Origin: Eledone cirrhosa
Taxonomy: Eukaryota
DNA length: 64,000 bases
Reading direction: 5' to 3'
Assembly: GCA_964016885.1 (NCBI GenBank)
Contig: OZ024742.1
Location: 60,760,001 to 60,824,000, forward strand
The notes under the pieces: generated by a model
What the model was told of the DNA's origin: nothing
The model's database searches: none
Seen by the model: only the letters and a program-made list of their open reading frames with translations
Part shown: positions 1 to 11,800 of the stretch, one piece after another
Layout: each line of letters starts with the position of its first letter
Numbering within the stretch: the stretch's first letter is position 1
Made by a program: the position numbers and the translations under genes

Positions 1-75
1 ATGATTATTTTGCTAATCTGTAGAAGCATTGAGGTGTGTCAATGCACACTAAATATATTTAAATATATATATCAT

Positions 76-418
<343 letters not shown>

Positions 419-474
419 AGCTTCTACAGGACTAGAACTGTTTCATTCGTCAGAAATCATCAGGAAGCCCTGAT

Positions 475-523
475 GCTTCCTGATGATTTCTCACGAATGA
501 AACAGTTCTAGTCCTGTAGAAGC
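475..523 (+). ncRNA. type I hammerhead ribozyme motif (mirror copy on - strand at 420-468)
   Basis: GCTTC-CTGATGA-tttctcacgaat-GAAA-CAG-ttctagtc-CTG-TA-GAAGC: stem I GCTTC/GAAGC, canonical core, stem III CAG/CTG, GUA site. It lies in a near-perfect palindrome at 414-529. Confidence 0.65.
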
Positions 524-587
524 TTTTCTATATTAAAACATTTATACTCTGCTACGTATTGGTTAACCCCGATTGAACCCGGAATAA

Positions 588-678
<91 letters not shown>

Positions 679-684
<6 letters not shown>

Positions 685-1235
685 AGATAAGCAGAACAAG
701 TAAAATTCAACCAATTTTTCAAAATAAATCAAAATTAATTTAAAATTAAAATTAATCAAAATTAAAAAATATAATATAAATATTTACCCATTCAGATGGC
801 CCTTACTGTACAGTTTCACTTTGCAAAACATTAGATATCCTATGGATACGGGTCACTTTTACGACCTTTCAGGCCTGTGTTAGCTGGCGAAGAGGTCATA
901 TATTTTATCGTTCCTAGGGAAGGAAAATGCTTCTCTGATGATATTTGTTTTTCCATTAATATCCATAGGATATCTAATGTTTTGCAAAGTGAAACTGTAT
1001 AGTAAGGGCCATCTGAATAGGTAAATATTTATATTATATTTTTTTAATTTTGATTAATTTTAATTTTAAATTAATTTTGATTTATTTTGAAAAATTGGCT
1101 GAATTTTACTTGTTCTGCTTATCTTGATATTAAGTTCTGGTATATCAAATTATTACCATAGAACCACCTTGAATCATAGACATCCTATGTATTTCTGGGG
1201 GTACCTAGTACCTTTAGACATATTAACTTTATTCA
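679..1235 (+). mobile_element. fold-back PLE-type terminal cassette between (TA)n tracts
   Basis: Inverted arms ~679-848 and 960-1129. CTGATGA at 935 and GAAA-CTGTATAG-TA at 991-1004 (CTGTACAG palindrome in the other arm). Confidence 0.5.
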
Positions 1236-1715
1236 TATATATATATATATATAATAGATAGATGGATATCTTACGCGAATACGCTCCTCTCTCTACCTAT
1301 ATATAGAGAGAGAGAGATAAAGGGGGCGAGAGAGAGGGGAGAGAGAGAGGGGGTATATAATGTTTATTCAATATTATTTACTATTGTTTCAATATACCAA
1401 CATTTCTCTCTGCCTTTTTATATTTGTTATAACGTTCTTACCATTGACAACCTTTTGGTTTCAATCCTTATGTTTTAACAGTGAATTTATTATATCTTTA
1501 ACTGGGCCGTAGGTCTAGCAGCAGAAAACACCGTTGGTGTTTGATGTAAACTCTCGTAAGCTGCTGTTATACTTCGAGTATTGTGCAGTGTGCCTCGGCA
1601 TCTGTAACTATGACGGTAATGCCATCTCCCTATGCAGCAACAAATATCACACAATACAGTTCAGGTGGAATTCTTGTCAAGAAGTTTATTCTGCGGAGTA
1701 TAGTCTCCAAATTAA

Positions 1716-2028
1716 TAATAATAATTGTTTCTACTTTGGGCACAAGGCCAGCAATTACCCCAGTGCATTACTGGTACTTTATGTTATCGACACCATAAGG
1801 ATGAAAGGTAAAGTTAACCTCGATGGTTTCTTATATAGGCACAAGGCCAGAAATTTTGGGAAAGAGGAAAGTCGATCAAATCGACCCCAGTGCGTGACTG
1901 ATACTTTATTTTATCAACCCCGTAAGGATGAAAGGCAAAGTCAACCTCGGCGGGATTTGAACTCAGATCATAAAGGGCCGGAACTCTCTGTTAGAGAGCA
2001 AGTTTACGATGATTTACCGATACTGCCA
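1716..2028 (-). mobile_element. tRNA-derived SINE (Octopus OR-like): one full copy plus an extra 3' half
   Basis: Minus strand reads TGGCAGTATCGG...GAGTTCAAATCCCGCCGAGGTTGACTTTGCCTTTCATCC (A/B box) and GGCCTTGTGCC...GTAGAAACAATTATT. It recurs at 36975, 37748 and 37945. Confidence 0.8.
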
Positions 2029-2030
2029 AT

Positions 2031-2074
<44 letters not shown>

Positions 2075-2326
2075 TTTCATTTATTGGCCACAAGGGCCGA
2101 CATATAGGGGACAACACAATAGACAGGGACAGTGGGGGTTTACATAGAGATCGAGTAAGTATAAATAACAAAAAAAACAAAATAACAATAAAAATACAAC
2201 AATGAAAGTTCCCCAATAAGAGGGATCACCACCCAGGGTTGACTCAAGCACCCCACCAGTCCTGAGCCACCCGACGCTCCTAGGGCACCCGGGAAGGGCA
2301 CCCCTCTCCTTCTCGAATTCACCAGC

Positions 2327-5300
2327 CTACAGGCGCATGATCAGAGTAGGCCCACTCACGCGGGCCATTCTCGCCACATTCACCCACCTTTCAGTAAATG
2401 TACTGGGGGGCAGCACTTCTCTCTCCACCCTCACCTTCCTTTCCAAGTGAAACTTGAAGAAGTTGATGAGGGATTGGCCGAAGAGAAAAGTGTCTGTCTT
2501 CAGTCCTTTCAACCTGGTCCACCATGCAACCTCTTTCGCTACTGCCACCAGGCAGAGGAAAATTGCCTGCCCTTCCTGACCAAAAGAAGGCGGCGGGTCA
2601 ATCTTCACTATGGACTCGGACGATAGCCGGATCCGTTCTACACGCGACAATAGCTGTTCGACATAACCCCACAAGTCAGCAATGCACGGACACTGGACGA
2701 GTGCGTGCAGAACGGTTTCGTCGCTCTGCGCGCATCTCGGGCAGGTTCGTCTGACAGCACTTCCGTGCCTGTAGAGTTTATCCCGAACCGGCAGCGCCCC
2801 CCGGTAGCACTGCCAAGCGAGGGATTTCTGGAAGTTATCCATCGTCCCCGGCTCGAAAGTCCTCCGGAACATACTGGTCAGTTCTACTTCGTTGACGCCC
2901 AGAGCCTCTCCTAGTACGTCATCGCACTTGCCCTCCACTAATCCTCTATAGAAATCTTGAGTGGAAGTTCCACTGACCGCATTGCCCACCTTGCAGAGTG
3001 CAGTGAGCGCCTGGCAACATTCCAGATGCCAGTCGCCCAGTCTCGGTCTCTTCTTGACCCAGGACTGCAGCTCAGTCAAAGAGATGAGCTGCGGAAAGGC
3101 CCGTCTAACAAACGGCGACCACACCTGTTCACCGTTTAGGCAAAATATCTGGAGATGTCGCAGCCTCAGCGCATGTCTGCGCATCATTAGCCACGGCATG
3201 CCCAGCCCTCCACGAAGAGGGTGCTGGCAGCAGATGGACCGCCTCACCAACGGGACCCGTCCCCTCCACAAAAATTTGAAAAGGAGCCGTTCCAAATTGG
3301 CGAGGCGTGGACGGGGGCAAGGCACGACGGTCAGGCGGTAGTAGATGACGGACGCGATGTACGCGTTCGCCACCTCCGCCCGCCCTTTCAGTGATAGCTT
3401 TCTCTCAGCCCATTTCTGGGTGAGGTTGGCTATCCTGCTCGTCACCTCGTCCCAATTCTTATCCACCTGGAGGTCTGGTCCGAACCAAACCCCGAGCAAC
3501 TTTACCGGTCCGTCTGTCCAGCGCCCAACGACGCTGTTGGACGGCATGGACTTGCCTCTCCAGGTGCCGAGCTGCAAGCCCACCGACTTTTCCGGGTTAA
3601 GTTTTGCTCCCGTCAACCTTTCATATTCCTCCAAATGGGTGCGGATCACCTCGATTTCCGAGGTGTCCGACACCATCACGGTGATGTCGTCCGCATAAGC
3701 GGACGCAGCCTTTCTACGTCCCGGTTCGAGCGGGATGCCCTGCAACAACTCCAGCTTCCGCAGTAGAGGCTCAAGAGTCAATACGTACAGAAGTGAGGAG
3801 AGAGGGCACCCTTGACGGACCGATCGAGAGATCTGAAACGGTTCCGAGAGGTGGCCATTAACTTTGACCACCGAGCGGATGCCGCTGTACATTGCAGCGA
3901 TCCAGCTTCTGAAGACGGGGCCGAAGCCAGCCGCCTCGAGGACAGCCTCCAAGTACCGATGGTCGACCCTATCGAATGCTTTCGATTGATCTAAATTGAT
4001 CAGAGCCCCACCGAAGCCAGGTTTGCACCCAACCCTCTCTATGATGTATCGCATGAGGTGGAGGTTGTCGTGTATGGACCTGGTCGGGATTGCGCAAGTT
4101 TGCGCCTCCCCAACCAAATCTTTGACGACAAGCGCCAACCTTTTCGCTAACACCTTGGCCAAAATCTTAAACTCTGTGTTGAGCAGGGTTATGGGCCTGA
4201 AATTATCTAGTGTGACCCTCTTGTTCTCGTCTTTCCTTATCAGCGTCACTACGCCACGGCTCACAGAACTGGGAATGCTCCCGTTCTGCTGCCAGTTGCA
4301 GTAGAGCGCTTCGAGGAGATCGGAGAACAAGTCTGGCATATTTACGTAAAGCTCGTAGGGCAGACCATCCAAACCGGGTGACTTGCGACTCGAGCAGCCG
4401 ACAAGGGCGTCCTGAATTTCGGCTGATGTTATCGGCTCTTCGCAGCGCTCAGCGTCGGCCGTCGAGAGGCGTGGCAAGCCGTCGAGGTAGGGACTGAAGT
4501 CCGCCGCCGTCTCCGACTCACCCATCCTCCCGAACAATCGAGCAAAGTGCTGGCGAAAGGCCTCACACATCCGCTTGGAATCGCTCAGTTCGTGTCCATC
4601 TCGATCCGTCAAAGACCGAATTGTGGTTTTATTTCCACGCTGCGTCTCTGCAAAGCGAGCCCATCGGGCAGCTTTGGTTCCCTCGTTCCTCAGAGCACGC
4701 GCCTTAGCTCTGACAATGCAACCTTCGTGTTTCGCATTGAAGAAATGGTCTAGTGCCATTCTCGCCGCTAGCACGTCTGTTGCAATGCCACTACAAATAG
4801 CCTCGTCTAACTTAGCTATCAGCCCCTCCTCCTTTCTATTTTTCTCTATTGCTACTTCTTTGCTAAATCCTATCGAGGTTGCTCTAATCTCTCTTTTGAG
4901 TGCCCCCCACCACCTGTTGTTGACAACCCCCCCTGTCAACTTTTGCTTAACTAAGTTGTTGACCCGGTCCCTGTAAGCTTTACGTGCCGGAAACGACATG
5001 TTTAGCTTCCAGTAGCTAGGTCCTAACCTACGTGTCTTATCTAGGTCGACCATACAGATCACAAGCTTGTGATCTGAATAGGCAACCGTTTTAAAATGTG
5101 GACATCCTACACTATTTCTATCTCTTTTCCTAATGAAAATCCTATCTATGTACGATCTAGATGACCCTATGCGATTGGTCCAGGTCCATACTGGCGCATT
5201 AGGGAAATCTAGTCGGTACCTGTCAGACAGTTGAAACTGGCTGATCAGGTACTTGAGGCTTTTGCACCCCCCGCTCCTATCAGATACTCCCACACAATCC

Positions 5301-5746
5301 CAGCGTGCTTCTAAGATGCCATTCCAATCCCCTATTAACAGTAAAGGGCGAGACGTAAGCAGAAAGTTTTCCAGGCGCCTAAAGAAGTCCGGCCGACCGG
5401 CCCCAGTAGGGGCGTAGACGGCCACCAGTCTAAAGGTACCACCTTCGCTATTGCTCACGTCCAGGACCACCAACTTTCCGTCAGGATCCCGGAAGATTGA
5501 CCTTACCTCGAGATCCAGACATTTCCTAAACAGCACAGCCACTCCACCTCCCATTCCCGGCCGACTAACAGATGCAAAGATCTGATAATCGTCGAAAATC
5601 GGCGCCAGTGCGCGTGTGTCGGAAATTCTGGTCTCGCTGATGGCAATTACATCCATTCCTAGTGACCTGAGGTCGTTGAGCAAGTGACCTTGCTTCCAGG
5701 GCGACCCCAGGCCACGAACATTTAAACTTCCTACTCTTATGGCCAT
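2327..5746 (-). CDS. Tx1 ORF2: APE endonuclease + reverse transcriptase + C-terminal Cys/His motif (1139 aa)
   Basis: SLNVRG, ISET, VYAP, GDWN, IDRIF and SDH (APE). KSPGLDG, FRPITLLN, LDQSKAFDRV, QGCPLS and AYADD (RT). CPRC..ETVLHALVQC. Confidence 0.95.
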   Translation of the reverse strand: MAIRVGSLNVRGLGSPWKQGHLLNDLRSLGMDVIAISETRISDTRALAPIFDDYQIFASVSRPGMGGGVAVLFRKCLDLEVRSIFRDPDGKLVVLDVSNSEGGTFRLVAVYAPTGAGRPDFFRRLENFLLTSRPLLLIGDWNGILEARWDCVGVSDRSGGCKSLKYLISQFQLSDRYRLDFPNAPVWTWTNRIGSSRSYIDRIFIRKRDRNSVGCPHFKTVAYSDHKLVICMVDLDKTRRLGPSYWKLNMSFPARKAYRDRVNNLVKQKLTGGVVNNRWWGALKREIRATSIGFSKEVAIEKNRKEEGLIAKLDEAICSGIATDVLAARMALDHFFNAKHEGCIVRAKARALRNEGTKAARWARFAETQRGNKTTIRSLTDRDGHELSDSKRMCEAFRQHFARLFGRMGESETAADFSPYLDGLPRLSTADAERCEEPITSAEIQDALVGCSSRKSPGLDGLPYELYVNMPDLFSDLLEALYCNWQQNGSIPSSVSRGVVTLIRKDENKRVTLDNFRPITLLNTEFKILAKVLAKRLALVVKDLVGEAQTCAIPTRSIHDNLHLMRYIIERVGCKPGFGGALINLDQSKAFDRVDHRYLEAVLEAAGFGPVFRSWIAAMYSGIRSVVKVNGHLSEPFQISRSVRQGCPLSSLLYVLTLEPLLRKLELLQGIPLEPGRRKAASAYADDITVMVSDTSEIEVIRTHLEEYERLTGAKLNPEKSVGLQLGTWRGKSMPSNSVVGRWTDGPVKLLGVWFGPDLQVDKNWDEVTSRIANLTQKWAERKLSLKGRAEVANAYIASVIYYRLTVVPCPRPRLANLERLLFKFLWRGRVPLVRRSICCQHPLRGGLGMPWLMMRRHALRLRHLQIFCLNGEQVWSPFVRRAFPQLISLTELQSWVKKRPRLGDWHLECCQALTALCKVGNAVSGTSTQDFYRGLVEGKCDDVLGEALGVNEVELTSMFRRTFEPGTMDNFQKSLAWQCYRGALPVRDKLYRHGSAVRRTCPRCAQSDETVLHALVQCPCIADLWGYVEQLLSRVERIRLSSESIVKIDPPPSFGQEGQAIFLCLVAVAKEVAWWTRLKGLKTDTFLFGQSLINFFKFHLERKVRVEREVLPPSTFTERWVNVARMARVSGPTLIMRL

Positions 5747-5775
5747 GCTGGCAGGATGAATGGGAGAGGAAAGGT

Positions 5776-7668
5776 TTACTTACCTTCCGGGGTCTTGTGA
5801 AGGTCGGGTGGTTCGACCTCCATGGTTTGTGGGGTTTCTTTTGGGAACCCCTTTAATAGTCTTGACGTGGGTTTTACGTTCGGGGTTCCCACATCCCGAG
5901 GAAAGCTCTTTCGAATTTCTTTGTATGAAGCGAGCGACATTCGCATCAGAAGCAAATTATCTGGTACGCGAAATGTGCTCGCTTCAAATGTTTCCCCGTC
6001 TTTTTCGATGTTTGTGCTTCGTGCTACATGGGCCATCAATTCCTTGTTGGCCCTTCTGGCAAGCACGAAGTTTTTAATGTTTTGTTGCTCGGGTTTTATT
6101 TGTTCGTGTGATTGTGGTGGTGATAGCTTTGTTAGTGTTGTTTCTATTGTGTCTGCGTTTGTTGTGGGTGGGGTGTCTGTAGTTTCTGATGTTTGTGTGT
6201 CTATTTGTTCTTGTGTCTGTTTAGCTTGTTTGCGTTTGGGGGATTTTGGTGGTTGTGTTGGTGATGCTGTGGGGAAAATGTTTGTGTGGGTGGTGTGTGT
6301 ATTTTCTTTTGTGGGGGTGTTTGTGCTTTGTGGATTTCTTTTTTTTTTGTGTTTTGTTTTTTGTATTTTGGGGGACTTTGGTTTTCCCTCATCTTCACTG
6401 CTGGAGGATGAGGGGTCTGTGGCTGTGAGCGTGTTTGTGTCTGAGTGAGTGTTTATGTTCTTGTTCGTGTGTGTATTTTTGGGGGGAGGGGGAATGGGAG
6501 AGCTTTCCTCGTTTCCCCCCTGGGTGTGCAATTTTGGTGGTTCCATTGTTGACGGTGTTGCTGGTGGTCCTTGTCCCGGCGTCGCCAGCAGTGGAATCTT
6601 TCGACCCCTTGCGCTTTTCGGCAGTTGAGGGCAGAAGGCTCGCAAGTGTGTCGTTTCCCCACAAAGGAAACAATGCGGCCTTTTGCCCTCAGTCATTATA
6701 TGCAACACCCTCCCGTTTTGGAGGCGGATGTGGTCCGGGATTGCTTTCACGTTTTCGGGTCTGATTTGGAGCAGTATCTCCAGATCAACCCCGGACCAGT
6801 CGTCCCTGGCAGTTCTCGTTGCCTCTACCGGGACTGTATCCGTTCCTTCCACGATTACGCAACCCAGGAGCCACCACATATCAAGTCCTGGTGGAATCCT
6901 GGGAATGCGCACACGTGCTATTCGTTTTCCCATGTGGGAGGGGTACATTATGACCTTGCTGGTTTTGCAAGGGGTCATTGAATGCTTCACAGCGAGGGCT
7001 TCAGACTTGAACAGCACCGAAACGGTGCCGTATTGCCTGCCCCTCTCTATGAAGTCTGTGTCCTCTCTGATGTATTTCAGTGCGGCTTCTATGTCAGCTT
7101 GGGCGATTATCGCTGCCCTCTTTGTCTCTACTGAGATGCATCTGAAATGCACCGTTCTTTTTTCCACTGCCTCAATGGCTTCTGCCGGGACAGTTAAGTT
7201 TGCCCAGGTCTGCTCTTGATTTATGATTTTCCAGGCCTGGGCCAACTTTTCCTCTCTGTTGGTTAAGTCGATGCTGTAGCATGGTCTCCTTTTAGCCGCT
7301 GCCACAGCAGCGAAAGTGTTCTTGTTGGTGTTGTCACTGTTGTTGTTCTTGTTGGTGTTGCTGCTGCTATTGCTGTTGTTGTTCTCCCCTGTGTCGTGGT
7401 TACCTTCTGTGCTGTTGCTGTCGCTACTATTACTCTCTGTGCTGTTCGTTTTGTTGGTGCTCTCGCTATTACCACCTTCTGCGCTGTTCGGCTTGTTGGT
7501 GTTGGTGTTGTCGCTGTTACCACCTTCCGCGCCGCTCGGCCCGTTGGTGCTGGCACTGTCGCTGCTCACATTCGTGCTGGTGGCGCTCCTCGCCTCACCT
7601 CTCCTCTCAACGCTCAAGTCGCCGTTGCACGACAGCAGACCCGCCTCTAGGGGGCGTGGCTCCGCCAT
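5776..7668 (-). CDS. Tx1 ORF1, gag-like nucleic-acid-binding protein (630 aa)
   Basis: CCHC knuckle CFLCGETTHLRAFC, N/S/T-rich N-terminus, P/T/K-rich C-terminal half. Lies directly upstream of ORF2. Confidence 0.85.
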   Translation of the reverse strand: MAEPRPLEAGLLSCNGDLSVERRGEARSATSTNVSSDSASTNGPSGAEGGNSDNTNTNKPNSAEGGNSESTNKTNSTESNSSDSNSTEGNHDTGENNNSNSSSNTNKNNNSDNTNKNTFAAVAAAKRRPCYSIDLTNREEKLAQAWKIINQEQTWANLTVPAEAIEAVEKRTVHFRCISVETKRAAIIAQADIEAALKYIREDTDFIERGRQYGTVSVLFKSEALAVKHSMTPCKTSKVIMYPSHMGKRIARVRIPRIPPGLDMWWLLGCVIVEGTDTVPVEATRTARDDWSGVDLEILLQIRPENVKAIPDHIRLQNGRVLHIMTEGKRPHCFLCGETTHLRAFCPQLPKSARGRKIPLLATPGQGPPATPSTMEPPKLHTQGGNEESSPIPPPPKNTHTNKNINTHSDTNTLTATDPSSSSSEDEGKPKSPKIQKTKHKKKRNPQSTNTPTKENTHTTHTNIFPTASPTQPPKSPKRKQAKQTQEQIDTQTSETTDTPPTTNADTIETTLTKLSPPQSHEQIKPEQQNIKNFVLARRANKELMAHVARSTNIEKDGETFEASTFRVPDNLLLMRMSLASYKEIRKSFPRDVGTPNVKPTSRLLKGFPKETPQTMEVEPPDLHKTPEGK

Positions 7669-8859
7669 GTTTTTTTGAGAAAAAAATTATTATTTTTTTT
7701 TTTTTTCAAAATAAAGTTCAAATATTTGGGCCAAAAGGCCCAAATATTATGAGTTATTCCTTCACAGGATACAAATTAATGTCTTATAATGCTTCAGCGG
7801 TACAAAAAATAAACAATTCTCTACAATTAATCCTCAAAAAATTGCTTACTCACGGAGCTTCAAAAAACGTACATCCACTTTCGTCAATAATAATAATAAT
7901 AATAATAATATAGGGAAGAAGACGCACGAGGTGACGGAGGTCATGAAATCGCTCCCGTAAGTTTTGAATTTTTAACATATTTAAATCATTTGTGAAATAA
8001 CAACTCTTAGTACAAATGCTACGTAAAGCACCCGGCTTGAGCCCCAAAAAATTCGGACCCAAAATATATTGTTATAAGGCTCAAATATTCAAATATTCAA
8101 CTTTGTATTGTACACTGTATATCCCCCCCAAAAAATGGCTATAAATGGAAGAAGAACCCCCCCCCCCTCCTCTCCTCTGTCTACACTATATAGGACAGCC
8201 AAACTCACCAACACCAGAAACTAGATACACCACCCACCCCATCATCTGTGTACACTAAACACAACAGCCAGATAACGGCATTTTCACCTTCACCGCCACC
8301 GCTCACTACGGCCATCATTACCACCACTATCCCATCACCGCCGCCACCACCCCTTGACTCCTTCACTGCTGCCACCGCTACAGCACCATCACTACAGTAA
8401 TACGGTCACATCACCGCCACCACTGCCTCGGTATCGACATCACCACCACCACTGTCTCAGTATCGTAACCGCCGCCAGTCTCCCACTTCTCCATGCTGGC
8501 TGCTACTTCCACATTATAGAATTCCTACTACTAACAAAGAGGAAGGCATCAAAATATATAGATAGACTCAAAAGAAAAAAGAAAAAACAAACAACAAAAC
8601 CAAAGCAGCACAGCAACAACAGCAAAAATGAGAAAAACAAACAGAGAAAAACAAAAACAAAAAAAGAAACCCCAAAAACGTAGAGAAAATAAGAATGAAG
8701 AGAGAAGCAGGCGGACGGACAGAGAAGAGGGGGGGGGGAAGTAAAACTTAAAAAACAAAAACTAAGTCAGACATTCGAACACTACATTACAATGAAACTT
8801 ATGCTTATTCATTTTTGGGGCCCTTTCTGCCTGTGTGTTTGTTTGTTTATGTGTGTTCG

Positions 8860-11800
8860 TATACAGCGTGGTGATAATGCCACACAAGAGCCAAGTGGGA
8901 TGGCGGATCCACAGATGGCTATGTAACTATACATTCGCCAATCCTCGATAAGAGTGTTTAAATATCGAACATAAACAGTTCGAATAACGGTGAAATGGAG
9001 ACTAGAACGTCATGTGACAGACTCTCACCCAGCAGGTGCCTCCTGGCTCAGCAGCAGGAACCTGACTGTTAACCAAATACTGCTGATGTTGGAGGAAGAA
9101 GAAGAAGGAAAGGAGCCAGAACCAACTGGACGAAAGAATTGAATAGAACTGTTATGCAATGCTACCTGAAAAGTAACCCCAAGGAGAGGGGCTACAGGAG
9201 ACGGATGCATAACATCTGGAACGAGATTGGTTTATTTAAATTAGATGAACAAAAATTGGCCGGGCAGGCTCGGGTAATAAGAACTAATGGGTGGATAAGC
9301 GAGCTGGAACTGGAGGAACTGAGCAGAGAGAATGGCTTGGAGATGGCGGGTGTAGTATGCCAGACAAGCGAGCCAGTGGGAAATGAAGGTGAAGAGGTCC
9401 TGAGAACGGAGGAACCACCCGAAGCAGACAATGATCTGAATACTGAGATAAATAATACCTGGAACAGAGATACGGCCACTGAGGAGATGAATGCTGACGG
9501 GCTAGGACAAGATTCGGTTGACATCCTAAATTTAGTGGTAGATGAATTGAACAATGATAGTGGGAGACCTATGAACCTAAGATTTGTAGACAGGAAAAAG
9601 TTAAAAGAAACAACAGCTAAGGTAAACAAAGTCATCCCATACCTTGAGGCGAGGAGCCTTCACCAGTGCAACAATATCCTCAAAGCAACAGCAAATACGG
9701 TGAGGAAACTACTTGGTATAAAAGCGAGAGGAAACAACAGACAAGAAAGAGCAGAGCCGTGGTGGAAGAAGCGACTGAGTGGGCAAATCGGGGAAATGAG
9801 AAATGACATAGGAAAGCTTGAGTCACTACTGAATGGGACACTAAAAAACATAGGCACTAAAAATAGACTGGAAAGAAAATACAAAACTAGGAGTAAAAAG
9901 CTAAATATTATCATAGAGGAATTGAAGCAACGCATTGTAGCAAAGAGTGCAAAAATCAGGCGATACGAGAACAGAGTCAGTCAGTATAAACAGAACCGCA
10001 TGTTCGACAACAACCAGAAGATGCTGTTTGGACAGCTTGAGGGGAAAGAAAGAGGCAACGACTTGATCCCTGGGGCGGAACAAACTAAAACATTCTGGAG
10101 AGGAATATGGGAGCAGGATGTTAGACACAATGCCCAGGCAGGGTGGATTGAGACAGTACAGAGGGAGATCGGTGAGCAGGCACAACAACAAACTGATTTG
10201 AGTATCACAGTTGAAACTCTTAAGGGGCAGGCCAAAAAACTAACCAACTGGAAATCACCAGGCCCAGATGGTGTGCAGGGGTATTGGATTAAACATTTAA
10301 CATCCCTCCACCCGAAGCTGACGGCCATGTTCAATGACTGCTTGGTGTCGGGTGAGGTGCCAGAGTGGTTGACAAAAGGTACCACAGTTCTGATAATGAA
10401 AGACCGAATCAAGGGTAATGATGTTACCAACTATAGACCTATCACATGTCTGTCCGTAATGTGGAAACTGTTGACGAGCATTGTGCCTGAGGAAATCTAC
10501 CATCACCTCCACACAAACAACTTGTTACCGGACGAACAGAAAGGATGCCGAAAGAAGTCACGTGGTACAAAGGACCAGTTGCTTATTGATAAGATGGTAA
10601 TGGTGAATTGCAGGAGGAGACACACTGATCTTGCCATGGGATGGATAGACTACAGAAAGGCATTTGACATGGTGCCTCATTCCTGGATCACTAAAAGCCT
10701 GGAGATCTTCAGGGTGGCAGATAACATCAGACAGTTGCTAGGCAGGAGTATGGGGTCCTGGGAGACAGAGTTGACATCAACTGGAGTATCCTTGGGAAGC
10801 GTGAAGATCAAGAGAGGTATCTTCCAGGGAGATAGCCTGTCCCCTCTGTTGTTTGTCCTTGCCCTGATGCCCTTGACCATTATGCTGCGAAAAGTGAGAG
10901 CAGGATACAAGTTGGGAAGGGGAGAGCTTACCATCAATCACCTCCTCTTCATGGACGATCTTAAGCTCTTCGGGAAAAGTGAGAAGGAGTTGGATGTGCT
11001 TGTTGACACTGTCCGTATTTTCAGCAGTGATATATGTATGCAGTTTGGTATTGGTAAATGTGGAGTCATTGTGATGAAGAGGGGTAGGTTGAGCAGAAGT
11101 AACGGGATCCAGATACCAACAGGTGAGATGATAAAGGAAATTGACTCTGAGGAAGGATACAAGTATTTGGGCGTTCTGGAGGCTGATGGCATAAAGAACA
11201 AAAAAATGAAGGAATTGTTAAGAACTGAATACATTCGGAGAGTAAGGAGCGTATTGAAGTCACATCTGAACAGCAGAAATGCCATAAGCGCAGTAAATTC
11301 CCGAGCTGTGTCTATTATCAGGTACAGTGCGGGAATTCTGAGATGGAATGTTGCTGAACAAAAAGAAATGGATAGGAAGACTAGGAAGCTATTGACTATC
11401 TACAACATGTTCCACAAGAGGAGTGATGTCGATAGACTCTACCTAAGGAGATCTGAGGGTGGAAGAGGTCTTATCAGCATAGAGGACTGTGTTCAGATGG
11501 AGAAAAACAACCTATACAAATACGTGACCTATAGTAAGGAGCCAATGCTCAGAACTGTACTGAAGGAGGGGACAGTAGGCCAGGGGATGTCCAAGGAGGA
11601 AATAACATCAAGGAGGAAGAGCAGCCTTAAGGGAAAATCCCTTCATAGTACCTTCTTTGAGAAAACTGAATTTAGAGATCCACAGACATGGAACTGGTTG
11701 AGAAGAGGAGACCTCAAAAAGGCTACAGAAGGAATGCTAATGGCTGCGCAGGAGCAGGCCCTCAAAACGAAGTGGTTGAAGCACCATATCTACAAGGAGG

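Larger units (their letters stand above)
2073..7885 (-). mobile_element. full-length Tx1-clade (L1 group) non-LTR retrotransposon inserted in (ATT)n
   Basis: Two uninterrupted ORFs 29 nt apart. 3' end AATAAATGAAATC runs into (ATT)n. (AAT)n tracts on both sides (2031-2072, 7886-7910). Confidence 0.9.

Noticed and set aside
1534-2205. 223-aa ORF
   Set aside because: It runs through antisense SINE copies, (AAT)n and the Tx1 3' UTR; chance open frame.
2524-7678. Many plus-strand ORFs overlapping the Tx1 element, and minus-strand ORFs inside the Dong elements
   Set aside because: Antisense or alternative-frame shadows of long coding sequence, with no motifs.
8900-8995. HDV-like ribozyme as a firm feature
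   Set aside because: P3/P1.1 pairings could not be completed by eye; kept only as a low-interest finding.
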